The position numbers and the translations under genes are program-made. Below are positions 1-12,900 of a DNA stretch of 64,000 nucleotides, piece by piece. Source of the stretch: Psammoneis japonica (taxonomy: Eukaryota); assembly GCA_008632985.1 (NCBI GenBank), contig QPGO01000016.1, positions 158,840-222,839 of the forward strand, given 5' to 3'. Below the pieces are notes generated by a model. That model was not told the origin of the DNA. It did not search any database and saw only the letters and a list, made by a program, of their open reading frames with translations. Position 1 is the stretch's first letter. Each line of letters opens with the position of its first letter.

Positions 1-12
1 AAGATTGTCCTT

Positions 13-675
13 CTATGTTCTCTTACCTTGATTTCGTTTTCGAGTTTTGCTGGTGTTCGGAGCTTTAGCGTCTTCAGATAACTTCCGTCGCTGAGACCTG
101 GTCATCGGATGCAGATTCTTCCGCTTCGTCTCGATCGCGTTCAGATGCTGCTGAGGATTTACAGCAGGTTGCTTTTGAGGAGCAGAAGGCACAGAACCAG
201 GAGACAATACTTGCTGCGGTCTTGGAGGATGTTGATTGCGGTCGTGGACGCTTCGAAGGGGAACTCCTTGCGAAGAAGAACGGTTCGTATTGACAGTCGT
301 AGTCCTGTCCAGTTCGGCAGCAGCAGCAGCACCAGACTGGTTGTCTGGTCCAAAGATTATATCAAGCTTATTTACTGTTTCTTGAAGAGTATCGGGCGGT
401 TTTTCTGGCGTATCTGGCGGAAGTTTGAACCTCATGTCAGTCCGAGTGTAAATTCTAGTACTACAAGCTACAAAAGCACCAATAACAGAGGTTAGAAGTA
501 TATCAACTCACAATCAGTAATGGTGAGACAAAGCGTCGCTTACCCCAAACGGTGCCGACGGTGACGTGCTGTCGGCTGATGCGTGTTTCAAAACTCGTGT
601 GAAAGCGTCAAGCTTCTCGCTGATATTCAGTGATTTTCCTACGATTTTAAACGATACAAAGAACAAAAACTTCAT
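13..675 (-). CDS. Hypothetical low-complexity P/Q/K-rich protein, probably two exons
   Basis: ORF 13-435 plus an upstream ORF segment ending at a GTAAGC donor near 543 and a CTAG acceptor near 456. No recognisable domain. Confidence 0.35.
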
Positions 676-1429
676 TAGATAAGGATAATACATGCAACGA
701 CAGGCAGGAACGGGACGAAGCTGCGAGGAGCAACACTTACACTCGATAAGGAGCAACAACAACAACACGGCGAAATTTTCTTGCGAAGTGAGAAACGAAT
801 GAGAATGAGCGAGCGTTTCTCTTGATGAGGAGGCGACGCGTGAATGAAGGCAATTTGATTTTTTTCCAACGAACTCTGGGACGTCACGCATTTAGAGATG
901 ATGATATTAATCAATTAAACAGACATGCATATGATAAAAAGGAGACAACGGCAGACTGACGGACCGCCCGTTGGATGGATGCTGAAAAGTTGGACGTGCT
1001 GTCACAGATACCGGTAGATCTGTATAGGGCCCTATTCTACGTGCGTTTCACACCAACCTGCCACCAACGGCACGGAACTACATAAAACCTTACAAGTAGA
1101 GGAGAGACTATTTCATGTGTGTGGTGGTGTTTTGCTTGAGATATACCAACAATATCCGTACATCACAAACCGTTCGATAGTCTTCGCTTGCGCCACTCCG
1201 CCGCTCATGTTTTTGGAGTTCACCGCCCTTGATTCGGCGATGCACACGCTCAACACATTCATTTGCAGTGCGCTGAGCACAGTCGAGGTATAGCAGCAAG
1301 GACAAGGATCGTGCATGCATTTTGAGAGAGAAACCGAAAGGCGCTGCAGCTGTACGTGTCCAAGCAGTTATTGTTTTCTTTGTCTTCAAATTGATGCTTG
1401 CATTGCTGCTTCGTTTCGTGCTGTCTGAT

Positions 1430-3247
1430 AGCTGATAGGCATATGCATTCTTTGGTGGTGGAAGAAGGGCACGAAGCTTGTGTCGCTCTCTTTAGTCTCT
1501 GTTCTATTTGATCGATTGATACCATGATTGCAAACCTCCTAACAAGTCTCCAATCGCTCGCCGACGACCAGAGTCGCGTCCATTGCTCTCTCAACTTGAA
1601 CACAGAGACGGGGCGTCTCTCATCGGATGTACCTGATTTGGAAGTGATGCAGCGTGATCCCAGATTTCGAAGAAAGTTTATAGTGTATTCATGTTATGAT
1701 GCTGAATCAACATGGATGAATTCGAAACAAGCTCAAGAAAGGTGACAAGCCACGCCGTGGCTGGCAGGGAAAAGTCTCTATGATAACTATGTAATGCACA
1801 TGAGAAAGTTCGGAGAGGTCTTGACCGACATGGAACGACGGGGTATTCGAGTTAATGCAAAGGATTACTTGGCAAAGGTAGAGATCCAAACTCGAAAAGA
1901 TCGAGCAGAACACATGAACGCGTTTCGCCAATGCGCCAGTTCACTGATTGGGCCAGACGATTTGGCTCTGAACCCTGCCAGTTCGGTGCAGCTTTGTACT
2001 TTTTTATTTGGAGGTACGATGAATGAAAAGACTAAAGAGAATACTGAGCCGGTGCGTGTCTTTATTAAAGTGGCTCGCGAGGAAATACCTGATGACGCAA
2101 TGGAAGCGTACAGAAAGAGAGATGAAGAGCAACTGAACGCTTCTGATGAGACAGAGCCTGTGCCGGAACCCATCCCTCTCGATGGTATGACAGCTGTGCA
2201 GCTGAAAGCTTTATGCAAAGAGTTTGGTCTAAAGGTGTCTGGGAAAAAGTCCGAGTTAAAGTAGCGCTTGACGGGGCACTTCATGACAACAACCCCCGAG
2301 AAGCCAGCAGACGACTTTGACTCCATGAACTCGTTGCTCGTGGCCTCTCATCTACTGGTAAAGCAAAAGCGCTGAGGGAGAGGCTGCGATAGGATACTGC
2401 ATTTAGCTTGGAGCTCGAAAAGGACAAGTATCAAATTAGAAAAGCCTTTGAGGCGTCACCAGGGAATAATCTTATTGTTGCCGACTATGGTCAGCTGGAG
2501 TTGCGACTCTTGGCAAGCATGACGAACTGTCAATCCATGATTAATGCGTTTAAGGCCGGAGGAGACTTTCACTCTCGAACGGCGTTGGACATGTTTGACT
2601 ATGTTCAAAAGGCTGTCGACGATGGTGACGTTCTTTTGGAATGGGATTATGCCAAAGGCGATCCACCAAAGCCGCTACTCAAGGACAAGTTCGCATCAGA
2701 ACGACGCAAAGCGAAAACCCTTAACTTTTCTATTGCTTATGGAAAGACTGCTCACGGCCTCAGCCAAGACTGGGGCGTGTCTCGAGAAGAAGCAGATGCC
2801 ATGCTCGAGGCGTGGTACAAGGCACGTCCTGAAGTTGAAAAGTGGTAAGCCAACACGAAAAAGTACGCGAGAAAGCACAAGCTTACACGGACGCTCATGG
2901 GTCGGTACCGACAACTCCCAGGAGCGGCCGGTCGCGATCGGAGATTGATTAGTCACTTGGAACGCGCCAGTATCAATACACCCGTCCAGGGAGGTGCGGC
3001 TGACGTGGCCATGATGGCCATGAACAAAATCATCGGCAGCGAGAAACTGGAGCGACTTGGATGGATTCTTCTAATGCAGATTCACGATGAGGTGATTCTT
3101 GAAGGTCCACAGGAAACTGTAGAAGATGCTTTTGCGGAGGTTGTCGAATGCATGCAAAATCCGTTTGTTTACGGACTAGCCGAGACAAAGGTGCCGCTTT
3201 TGGTCGACGGATCTTGCAATCACAAGACTTGGTACAATGCAAAATAG
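1430..3247 (+). pseudogene. Family A DNA polymerase, organellar POP/PolI-like; truncated and rearranged pseudogene
   Basis: Motifs VHCSLNLNTETGRLSS, LIVADYGQLELRLLA (A), ERRKAKTLNFSIAYG (B), ASINTPVQGGAAD, LMQIHDEVILE (C) and a SAP-like insert (MTAVQLKALCKEFGLKVSGKKSELK). In-frame stops at ~2262 and ~2846. No N-terminal exonuclease region is visible and segments are out of order. Confidence 0.88.
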
Positions 3248-3521
3248 ATTTCGTTTTTTCTCTTCTCCTATACCGTATTTCTCTCTAGAGAGCACTGAAA
3301 GCCTTTCATAAGGATATCTCTCTACCCTAGTACCGTACCCCTAACTAGAGTGGACCAATGAGCATTGACAATGACTCTACCGAAATTGGATAATATGTAT
3401 TCTTTGGTCTCTAGTAGAGTGAATTTTTTTATAGCTATGTTATGAACAAAGCAGATTTGCATTTCCAATGTGATTTCAAGAAAACAGAAATCAAGCAACC
3501 TAGACCCTACTCGAGTAAGGC

Positions 3522-4853
3522 CTAAAGGTCCGGGTCATCTTCAATGACGGTACCATGTGGGCCGGCCGCGTAAGAGTCGCATAGCCCCGCATTTCTAAGA
3601 CTCTTGGGTACGTCGTCCATCTTCGTATCTACCGGCACAGTGTTGGTTTCATCGGCCATATTCGTATCTACCGGAAAGGTATCCATCTGATTGGATTTGG
3701 GATAAGGGACAGCGGGCGGCTTTGAATCGAAATTGTAACCTCCTACCTTCTGCGGAGTGTTTGGATAAAGCGCATCCATCTGATTGGACTTGGGATACGG
3801 GACAGCAGTCGGCTTTGAATCGAAATCGTAACCTCCTTTCCTCTGCGGAGTGTTCGGATAAAGCGCACCCATCTGATTGGACTTGGGATAAGGGACAGCA
3901 GCCGGCTTTGAATCGAAATTGTAACCTCCTGTCCTCTGCGGAGTCTTTGGAAAAGGCGCATCCATCTGATTGGATTTGGAATAAGGGACAGCGGGCGGCT
4001 TTGAATCGAAATTGTAACCTCCTGTCCTCTGCGGAGTGTTTGGAAAAGGCGTATGCATCTGATTGGACTCGGGATAAGGGACAGCAGGTGGCTTCGAGTC
4101 CTCTTGAGGGGTAGGCGTGAAGAGTCCGCCGAGAGCATCACATCCTGCTGGCACGTTGAAGGCCACCTCCGTGTCTACGGGAAAGGCAGTGGACTGCTTT
4201 GAGTTCTTTTGAGGGGTGGGTGTGAAGAGCCCTCCTTCCCTCTGCGGAGTATTAGGAAAGGCAGTGGGTTGCTTTGAGTACTTCTGAGGTGTGGGTGTGA
4301 AGAGCCCTTCTTCCCTCTGCAGAGTATTCGGAAAAAGCTCAGAGGGAGATGGTCCACCTCCCCCTGGCACGTTGACGGTTGGCGGCAGGGGCGGACTATA
4401 AGAATAGGAAATGAGACAATCAAAGTGAGAGACTCATTGAGACAAAAAACAACAGAAACACAAAAACACTTACTTTGGTTCTAAGCCAAGTCTCTGGTCT
4501 TTGTCACTACCAGCTTCCATCGCGTTGGATTGCCTCTCATTGTAAGCTAAGTACTGCTGAAATGCATCCTTCATGTCGCCAAATGCATCCCTCGCCAACG
4601 TACCCCATTCCAACCGATTCTTCTCCTTGCGATCACTGCTCGCGAGAAGAAACTCTTGATTCGCGGTCATCGTTGACGCAGATGGCACACGACTCGCCGA
4701 TCCAACCGGAACAACCGGCGAAATCGCTCGTGGTACAGCCTCGTGTGCCGTGGCGGCACTAGCGAGAGTTGGACAATCAAAGTGAGAGACTCATTGATTG
4801 ACATTGACAACTCGATCATAATCACTTCGGTATCCCAAACTTGGATTCACCAT
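3522..4853 (-). CDS. Hypothetical disordered protein with 31-aa tandem repeats and many TPQ[RK] motifs; multi-exon, 5' exon boundaries uncertain
   Basis: ORF 3522-4370, upstream exon ~4470-4760 ending at a GTAAGT donor, candidate ATG at 4853. Confidence 0.6.
3680..4110. repeat. Coding tandem repeat, 93-bp unit, about 4.5 copies
   Basis: TTTGAATCGAAAT recurs at 3721, 3814, 3907 and 4000. Confidence 0.95.
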
Positions 4854-7585
4854 GGCGACGAGAAGTGAATAAGGTCGACGAGAAGTGAATAGAAGTAATA
4901 AGGTCGTGTTCACAGATGCTGATTTCTGATTTTATGGAGAGCGGTGAGATCTTGGTGAGATCGCGACGACTGACCCCCTTTGTTTTTGCCTTTTCTGGAT
5001 TCTTTTTCAGCATATGATTGCAAAAAGTGTAAAAATAAAGCATGATTTGATTTCTGTATTTATGCGGCGATTCTGGAAAAATCTTGAAACAACACGACAA
5101 TGGCCGAAATGCCGTTCATTCTCGAAAATTGAACATCGAGGCTGGCAAATTTCATCATAAGGCCTAAGTTCATTGTTCATATCAAAATCGATAAACTTAC
5201 GACGAAATTTTCCAGCCCCCATGTTCAGTTTTCGAGAATGAACGGCATTTCGGCCATTGTCGGCGTTGTTTGCACGATGATGCGCAGAACTCGCGGACAA
5301 GCCGTTTGTGATCTTTTCAATAAATCTTGTTAATTTTGCAAAACAAATTCTAAAATACTCCAAAAATGGCGAAAACAAGAGGGATAGTGGGAAAATCAAA
5401 TTTCCGCCTGTCCTACGTGGGGAGGAGGAACAATGGAATCTGAATATTCTACTCAACCGGTTGAATGGAATATTTGTTGTGCCAGACGATTTCGTAGCTT
5501 CTACGTGGGTCTTGAGTTAGAGGATGAAGCGTTGGAAGGAAGGCTGAAACTACTGGGTGCCAGGTGCCATCCGATTCTTTTTGTTTTGTTCTCGAGGCGG
5601 GAAGAGAATGATATTATCTGCAATGTTGGGTATGAATTAGAAGTACATTTTACACCGGAGGTATGTGAATAGCAGCGAACTTTTTTTCAGGATCGCCTCG
5701 CAGACCCCAAGACCCATATGTCGGTGGAAAGCTCTCGACGAGCTGAACAAGGTCAAATGCATGTTGTATCGGTCGGAGTGAGCGGAAAGCGAATGTTTGT
5801 CGTTGAAAATTTGGTATTTATTTAAGGAAAAATAACGGTTATATTCGCCTTTTTCTAATTGATTTTTGTATTATAACAAACATACTCGTATCATAAATTT
5901 GACATTTAATCCGGAGTTCCGAAATCTCATACAGGATTGTACACCACATAAATTACTTGTGGGACACCTTGTTTCTATGCTTTGCTCTTGCTCTACAGCT
6001 CTTACAACTGAAGACATCGAAAAAAGGCTTTCGTCAGTCGCTGCAACTGGGTGTGTTTTAGTGACTGATAAAAGCCGATTTTCGATGAGTGTTTTTGGTG
6101 TCGAGATTTTTCAATGGCAAGGGCAACTTCGCTGCCATTTGCATGCCTCCGGCATTGTCTTGCTGCAAGCTGTGTGGCAGGCACCGGCATGGATTGAAGC
6201 TGTGGACGACATCAGCGACAGAAAGTGCAACAAGAAAATGCATGGTTTTGCACACCACACCAACTCGACAATGACGACTGGACAGCAACTCCTTGTGTTG
6301 TCTAAAAGATGCAATGGAAAGGCCGCGCCGTGCTGTCCATCCTGGCAACGGGTCAACAAAGTGCGAGCAAAATCCTTGTTTCACGGGTCCTTCTCAGTGC
6401 TTTTCCTCCCGATGCGGTCATTCGCCGCAAGAACCTCGTGACCGCAGTTCGCGTGGTGGGTCTCAGTGGAGCATGCCTTGATCTCCTTCCGGAAGAAGCC
6501 AGTGATCACCAGTTTGACCACCGGATCACGGACCAAACGAATCCTTGAAGCAAGGTGGCCTGTGTCCGTGGGGTGGATGCAGAACAAGAAAGGATCTCTG
6601 AGGAAGTGAGCAAGCACCCATCACTTGCTTGTCTTGCACGGTCACACATTTGCAGAAGCACATGAACTCACGACACCTGGGGCATCGTCCCAATGAACAG
6701 AGAAATGCATGCACACCAGTGCAGCGAAAGCACACACGATTCAGAACAAACACAGAAAAACATGTGAAGCTGAAACCCACTGGCGTCGACCCAATTCCTT
6801 GCAGTTGCATCTCATGCATGGCAAATCACAGCAGCACCTGCAGCATCGATCGGAAAGCAGAGCACATTTGTCGATGATGAGCACACAACAGTTTGGCAGA
6901 GCGCACAGTGATGATGACACAATGTGCGATGTGCTGCAATCATCCAGGCATGCATCAACCGTACGTTGACCTGTCTGGTCTCTGCATTGGCTCCCATGCA
7001 ACGCCCCATTGCTCCATGCTGATTTGGCCGTGGCAGTGATGCAAACCAGCATTCATTTTTGGAACATTTGAAGCTGGCACGTGCAATTGCAAGTGTCCAG
7101 ATGGCCGTTGTTTAAGACAAATTTGTTCTCATTCACACAAGACAGACCTCGACATGCACAGGGATGGAGCACATGGTTTGCTCCCATTTGCGCTCTTGCA
7201 GGGATCAACAACCTTTCACAAACAGCGTTAAATCTCACCACGACACAACGCACATTCGCTCATGCAAAGCATGCGCACAGCAGGTTGGCACCAACAGTGA
7301 GCAACACAAAATGATCATGGCTGGTGCAGATTGGACAAAAGAGTTCAATGTTTCAATGTTCAGATGCCAATGAAGCTGCTCTCTCTAGAGAGAGAGCGTG
7401 CCGCTAGCTTGAACAGCAGTGCACCTTTTGACAATGTCACTCGTTTGAACAGAAGCAGCTTCGTCAGTCCTCCAATCTAAAGTGAATCTTGCATTTCAAA
7501 AGTGCATTTCGATGCGTGTCACTTGTCGCTCTGCGGGAAGGATTGAGGACAGTGGCAATGACATGCCAGTTGAGATCTTTCTGCT

Positions 7586-9237
7586 TCATTTTTCTTGTGA
7601 CGCTTTACCCGCATTTGTCGACAGTGACATCGCGGCAGTTGCAGTTTGAGCTTTGCTTGTCGACAAAGCTGGTTTGGCTGTTGATTCTTTCGTGATGGTC
7701 GGCGTGACGTTGTCAGCAGTCTTGGTGCTTGAATCTCTTGCTTGGGTTCCCGCATCCTCGGCAATCGACAACTGCTTTTCCTTGTCTGTGGATGCAGATT
7801 GCGCACTTGCATCCTCAGGCGTTGAAGACGCACTGGCGCTCTCAGCAGCACCGGCTCCTTCCTTTGAGGCCTCCTTGGGACGGCTTTTTCCGGTGGTTTT
7901 GGGTTTTCTTTTTGTGGCCTTGACTGCCTTTGAACCTGGCGCCGCTGTTTTAGAGCGGTCTTGTTCCACAGCTGCAACATCAGTGTGCGCGCACTTGAGA
8001 CCCGCGACAAACACTGGATCCTGCACAACTTCTGGGCACTTGAGCAACATTTGCTTCAGCTCCTCCCATGCTTGGACTTTCGTTTCTGCCATGAGAGCCT
8101 TGTGCAAAATGGCAATGCGTTTGTTGGTGTGTTCTTCTTCGACTGGTGCTCTCTCTAAATTGGGCAAAACTTGTGTTGGAAGAATTGCGTCGGCGCGGGG
8201 CATTCCATCCAACATGCAATGCAATCTAGCAGGTTCTTTTGGTTGAGGCTGTCCCGGTGTCGGGCTCTTGATTGTCACTTGCACCACACCCGATGCCACC
8301 AAAACATCAACAATTTGTTGCAACACATTGGGTCCCAGCACAACATGCCCACCACGTGGCATGCAAGACTCTCGAGATGATTGAAGTGGTGGGAGATTGC
8401 ACTCCAGTTGCTCAAGAGAAAGCGGCCCGTCTGCAAAAGAAAATGGAAGGAAGAGCAAAATTAAGGTGGGCTTCGTGTGTGGAATTGTTGATCGACAACA
8501 CAAGTCAACTTGCACGTTTGCAGCAGGGACATTGTGCAATGCGACGTTTGCACTGCAACTGGGTCTGCAAGGGGCATGTGCGGTGTCACAGGAACAGCAG
8601 CACGTGACGCATTGCTGCTCGTGTCAGCTGCGACTTTGCACTTCTTGCTCGTGGGTTCAAGAGGCGGAGTCGTCGTGTTTGCATGCTTCTTGTCACTGAT
8701 TCCTTGACTTGCCCCTTTCTTGGCTTCTACGTCGCTTTTGTTTACGCTGGGTTTTGATGCAGTTGACGATGCTGGTGCAGTTGCTGCTTTCTGAGACACA
8801 GTTGGAGTCGTCTTGTCAGCGGTCGACACACTGGACTTCTCGAGAGGCTTTGCACTGCTTGCAGCAGCAGGTTTCAGCGCAGAAGACGACGAATGCTTGG
8901 TCACATCAACTTCAGCTGCAGCCGGAGCTGTGGTGAGGGACTCGTCATTTTGGCTGACCTCGAGTGCCGACTTCGCCTGGGGCAAGTTTGGGTTTTTGTC
9001 TTTCATGGATTCAGAGACGCTTGAGATGTTCTTTTTCTCATCTGAAACAGAAGGAGTCTTCATTGTGGAATTGACAGCAGGATTGCCATTGGCAGAACAA
9101 GAGGCAGAGGCTGCTGGCCCGGTCGTCATGGTCAATCTTCGATTGTGCAGTGTGCACTTGAAACTGCCACTGCGCTGTGTCGCGCACCAATCCACCATGG
9201 TTGACGGTTGACGGTCGATCGTCATGATCTCCCACAC
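7586..9237 (-). pseudogene. Degenerate coding remnant, A/S/T/K-rich with a small globular segment; identity unknown
   Basis: Overlapping ORFs 7586-8539 and 8461-9237 with protein-like composition and no Tyr. No family motif recognised. Confidence 0.4.
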
Positions 9238-9999
9238 TCTGCTCTTTTCTTTTGTGGGCCTGGCTAGACCTGGAGCTGCCGGCTGGGGCCTGGCATGCTA
9301 ACAACGAGAAGCACACCCTCGCGCCAATCCAATCAATCCCATTGAAAGATCATTTTCACTTGTTTTAAAGATCACATCACAAAAATGGAAAAGCAGATTG
9401 AACGCTTCGCTGCTGGCCGGCCATTGTCTTCATCACCATGGCAAAAACAGAGTGATGGCTGGCAGCAACATCTGCTCAAAGCGAAAAACCTTTTGATCAA
9501 TGATGAGGGATGAGAAGCCATTTCTCACATCCTTCTTGTCCTTCTTGTGTTCAGAGGAAGGTGCCAAGACAGCTGGCTGGTTGGATCTTGTTTTCTCCTT
9601 GTCCCCTGCCAAAAAAGAATGAGGGTGATGTTGTTTGTTAAAGTGCTGAGTGCCACAGCAGAGTTGTTTGATGCAAAGAGCGCAAAAAACCTCTTCTTTT
9701 GACTCAGTTTTTATTCGGAATGGAGAACATGCACACACTGGGGAGGAAAGGTGCCCAAACATTTTTGCACAGCCACCCATTGGCAGCCCAGCACACCAGC
9801 CACAGTGATCAATGCAAGCAACCTGCTCAAGTCAAGGAAGAATTGGAAAACACCACGGGGAGGGAGCACCAGCGCCATGTGCCAGATTGTCAGCAACATG
9901 AAAGCTGTCCAGCAAAACAAAACCCAAAGTCCAATTTTAAGTGCTGCTGTGCTTCCACCCTGCAACTCCGGCAACAAGCTGGCCCACACTCCCAGTGCA

Positions 10000-12900
10000 C
10001 TGGGTGCAGCAGGAGCACACAACAATTGGCCAAGATCGGCATCACCCTCTGGTGATGCCGCTCCAAAGTGGCTTGCGATGGTGCACATGCCTCTGGCAGC
10101 CAGACGCCGGGCCTCTCGAATGCTCGACTCAAACATTGGTTTTGCCATGGCGAGCCAGTTCCGGAGTCTGTGGGTAGAATGGGTGAGATGTTCATCCACC
10201 AAAGGAAACAACTCTGCTTGATCCCGGGCCAAGCACTCATCTGCCCCAGAGCAGATCTCTTTAATCTCCACCTCTGCATCCCGTCGTTGCGAAGACTTTC
10301 TCGTCTCTGAATCGTGTCCGTGCACTGCATCATTGTGGGAGTCCCACAATTCCCGCCATTGGGACCACACGTAACTGCCAACAGTTGCCGCCCAGTCCAA
10401 TCTTTTGTCTTTATCGGATGGAGAACAATGCAAGCCAGAAGACCGCAAATGCAACGTTTGTGCCTCATTCCACCTGTGGGAGAAATGCCCGCTGAAAATG
10501 TGGTGCCAGCCGATGTCGTCTTGAGAGTGAAACAGCTCTGTGACACTGTGATGGACGTTGGTGGAACACAGCAACTCCTTGTTGAACCAGCCTTCCAAGG
10601 CATGCAACAACAGGTCTTGCATGGACGGGGAGGTGTGCATGTCATCACATTTCTTCCACAATCCTTGTGGGAACGTGCGCCGCCACGACACATTGTGGGC
10701 ACAACGCAGCATGTGATCTCTGTCTTCGAAGGGGTGTTGGCAGTGTGTGCAACAGTTGGGGCGTGCAGGATCATGTCTGTGGACAATCTTGTTTGTTGGC
10801 AGGAGATCCTGAACCAACTTCACGGTGCTCACCTTTCGTCGGATGTTGCAAGACATCAGTTTGGAGTGAACTTTCCAATCTATAGAGTCGCACACTGGGT
10901 CAGACCAACCGCACTTCTCCTGCATGTGTTGGATCAGAGCTGGGCTGGAAGCTTCATGGCGGAGGACGGATTTAAATTTCGAGTTCACCGAAGCCAACTG
11001 GACATTCAGCATTGCATTGCAATGGGGCATTCGGGGAGCCATTGAGGTGTCTCCAGTGTGTTGGCCCTGAAACACACCTGCCAACCCATCGGCTCTAACA
11101 TTCACTTTTGCTGGGAACGAGAGGGACTTGGATGGAGTGTTGTCATCCTGATGACTTTTAATCCACTTCATGTTTGCTGCGTTGCTTTCAAGATGGCAGT
11201 CACATTGGGCCTCCAAACTTGTTGGTGAAGCGAAGATTTCGTGGACAACGTCCCAATCCGGCGCCACCGTGTTGGCGACATGATTCCGACAATGAAAATC
11301 TTGTTGTCTTTGTGAATCATCAGCATCCAAAGGAAGCGGTGGAGGAGAATGAAAGTTGGCAACATTGCGCACCAGAGAGGAATTGTCACAACAGGCAACC
11401 ACACTGTGTGAAAGACAACAGTTGCAAAAATCCATCACCCGGATGAGAAAGCGGAGAACTGACAGCAATCTGCGTGCTTCTGCGCGACACGAGGACGGTC
11501 AAAATCCAAAAACACAGCCCTGCACAATCCACCAGAATCACTCCGTTAACCGCTGGCGTCCAGCCAAAGGTGCCATTAAAATGCAAGACGGAACCATCAC
11601 TCCCTGCTTCTGCACGGAAGCACCCAAGGGACTCCGCTGTTTCAAATGCCGACACATGCATGTGAAGTGCACTGAACAGGGTTGACTCCCACAACGACAA
11701 GGACTGCAGCCATTTGCAAAAGTCCCCAAGGACAGGAATTGTTTGAGGCAACTTCACTGGGGATGCCAGGGATCGTGCGTGCCATCTGCCATCTGGTGTC
11801 GTGTCCACCATGACAGGTGATGCCAATGGGGATAGATCGGGAACTGTTTCCAACTGCTGAAGAGTTTCAGCACACTGTCCTTGACTGGAAACACTTGAAA
11901 ACCCACATCAGAGCGGACATGCAAAAACTCTTCGGAAGGCTCACAATGTGCCGGATGAAGCATGCGCATCATGGAGGCAGGAACGGTCCATTGACCCAAA
12001 GGGGTTCGGAGGGTGGAGGCACCTTCGTTGCACAACATTGTTTCCAGGCACAAGCAGACGGGCATGCCTGTTCAACTGGATTGAGTGACGACATGCCACT
12101 CATGAGGGAAGTTTGCCCTTTCAACTTGAACTCGTCTGAGTGTCGACCATCGGGAAGAGTGACGTCTGAAACAGCAAGTGCCCGTGGGAACAGCCTGCAA
12201 CAATTCACCCACCTGATCTCTTTTTCCGAGAAAAGTTTAGAATCCAGCACCACATCCATGGCACATTGATCATTCTTTCGTTGTGTGGGAAGGACGCCCG
12301 TGAAGTCCAGTTCAAAGTGAGCGTCAATGCGGGCGAGAAAGGATCTCAGAGACACAAACCATTTGGACTCGGAGTGCAGCAGTTTTGTGTGGACGTCTTG
12401 CAGAAAACTTGACCCTGTTCCAAGCTGGAATTGCATCCACGCCACTGCAATGCGGGACAAAGCATGGGGTTGCCCAGTTCCACGCCAGTGTCTGAGGAAC
12501 TGCAAACATTGAGCGACACCCTGCTCCACATCAAGAGATTGGAATCCTCTGCCTCCCAAGGTGTGCGGTCCGAATAAAACATCCCGCTTGGTGTTGCGGT
12601 TGTGTCCGCACTTGGCAAATGTAGTTCGCACAGCCTTGCATTGAATCTCAAGTAATTCCTTCAGTTGAAAATGTGCACTTGGAAGGATGTGCATGGTTGA
12701 GGCCAAGCAGCACGCAAAGTGGTGAGTCCATGCCTCATGACGGCCCAATGGACACAACCGGAGAAACAGAGAAATGTCGTCGCTTTTTGTTTTTGGTGCT
12801 TTGCACTGAGTCTTCTGAGTGCCTGCAGGAGATTTGCAATGTCCCAGTGTCTTGTGAGAGGAGCAAGCGGAAAGTTGGGTGCTGGATCTTTTGGTGGATC

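Noticed and set aside
4950..6000. AT-rich tract with transposon-end-like motifs (GAAAGCTCTCGACGAG, GGGACACCTTGT)
   Set aside because: No matching TIR pair or TSD found.
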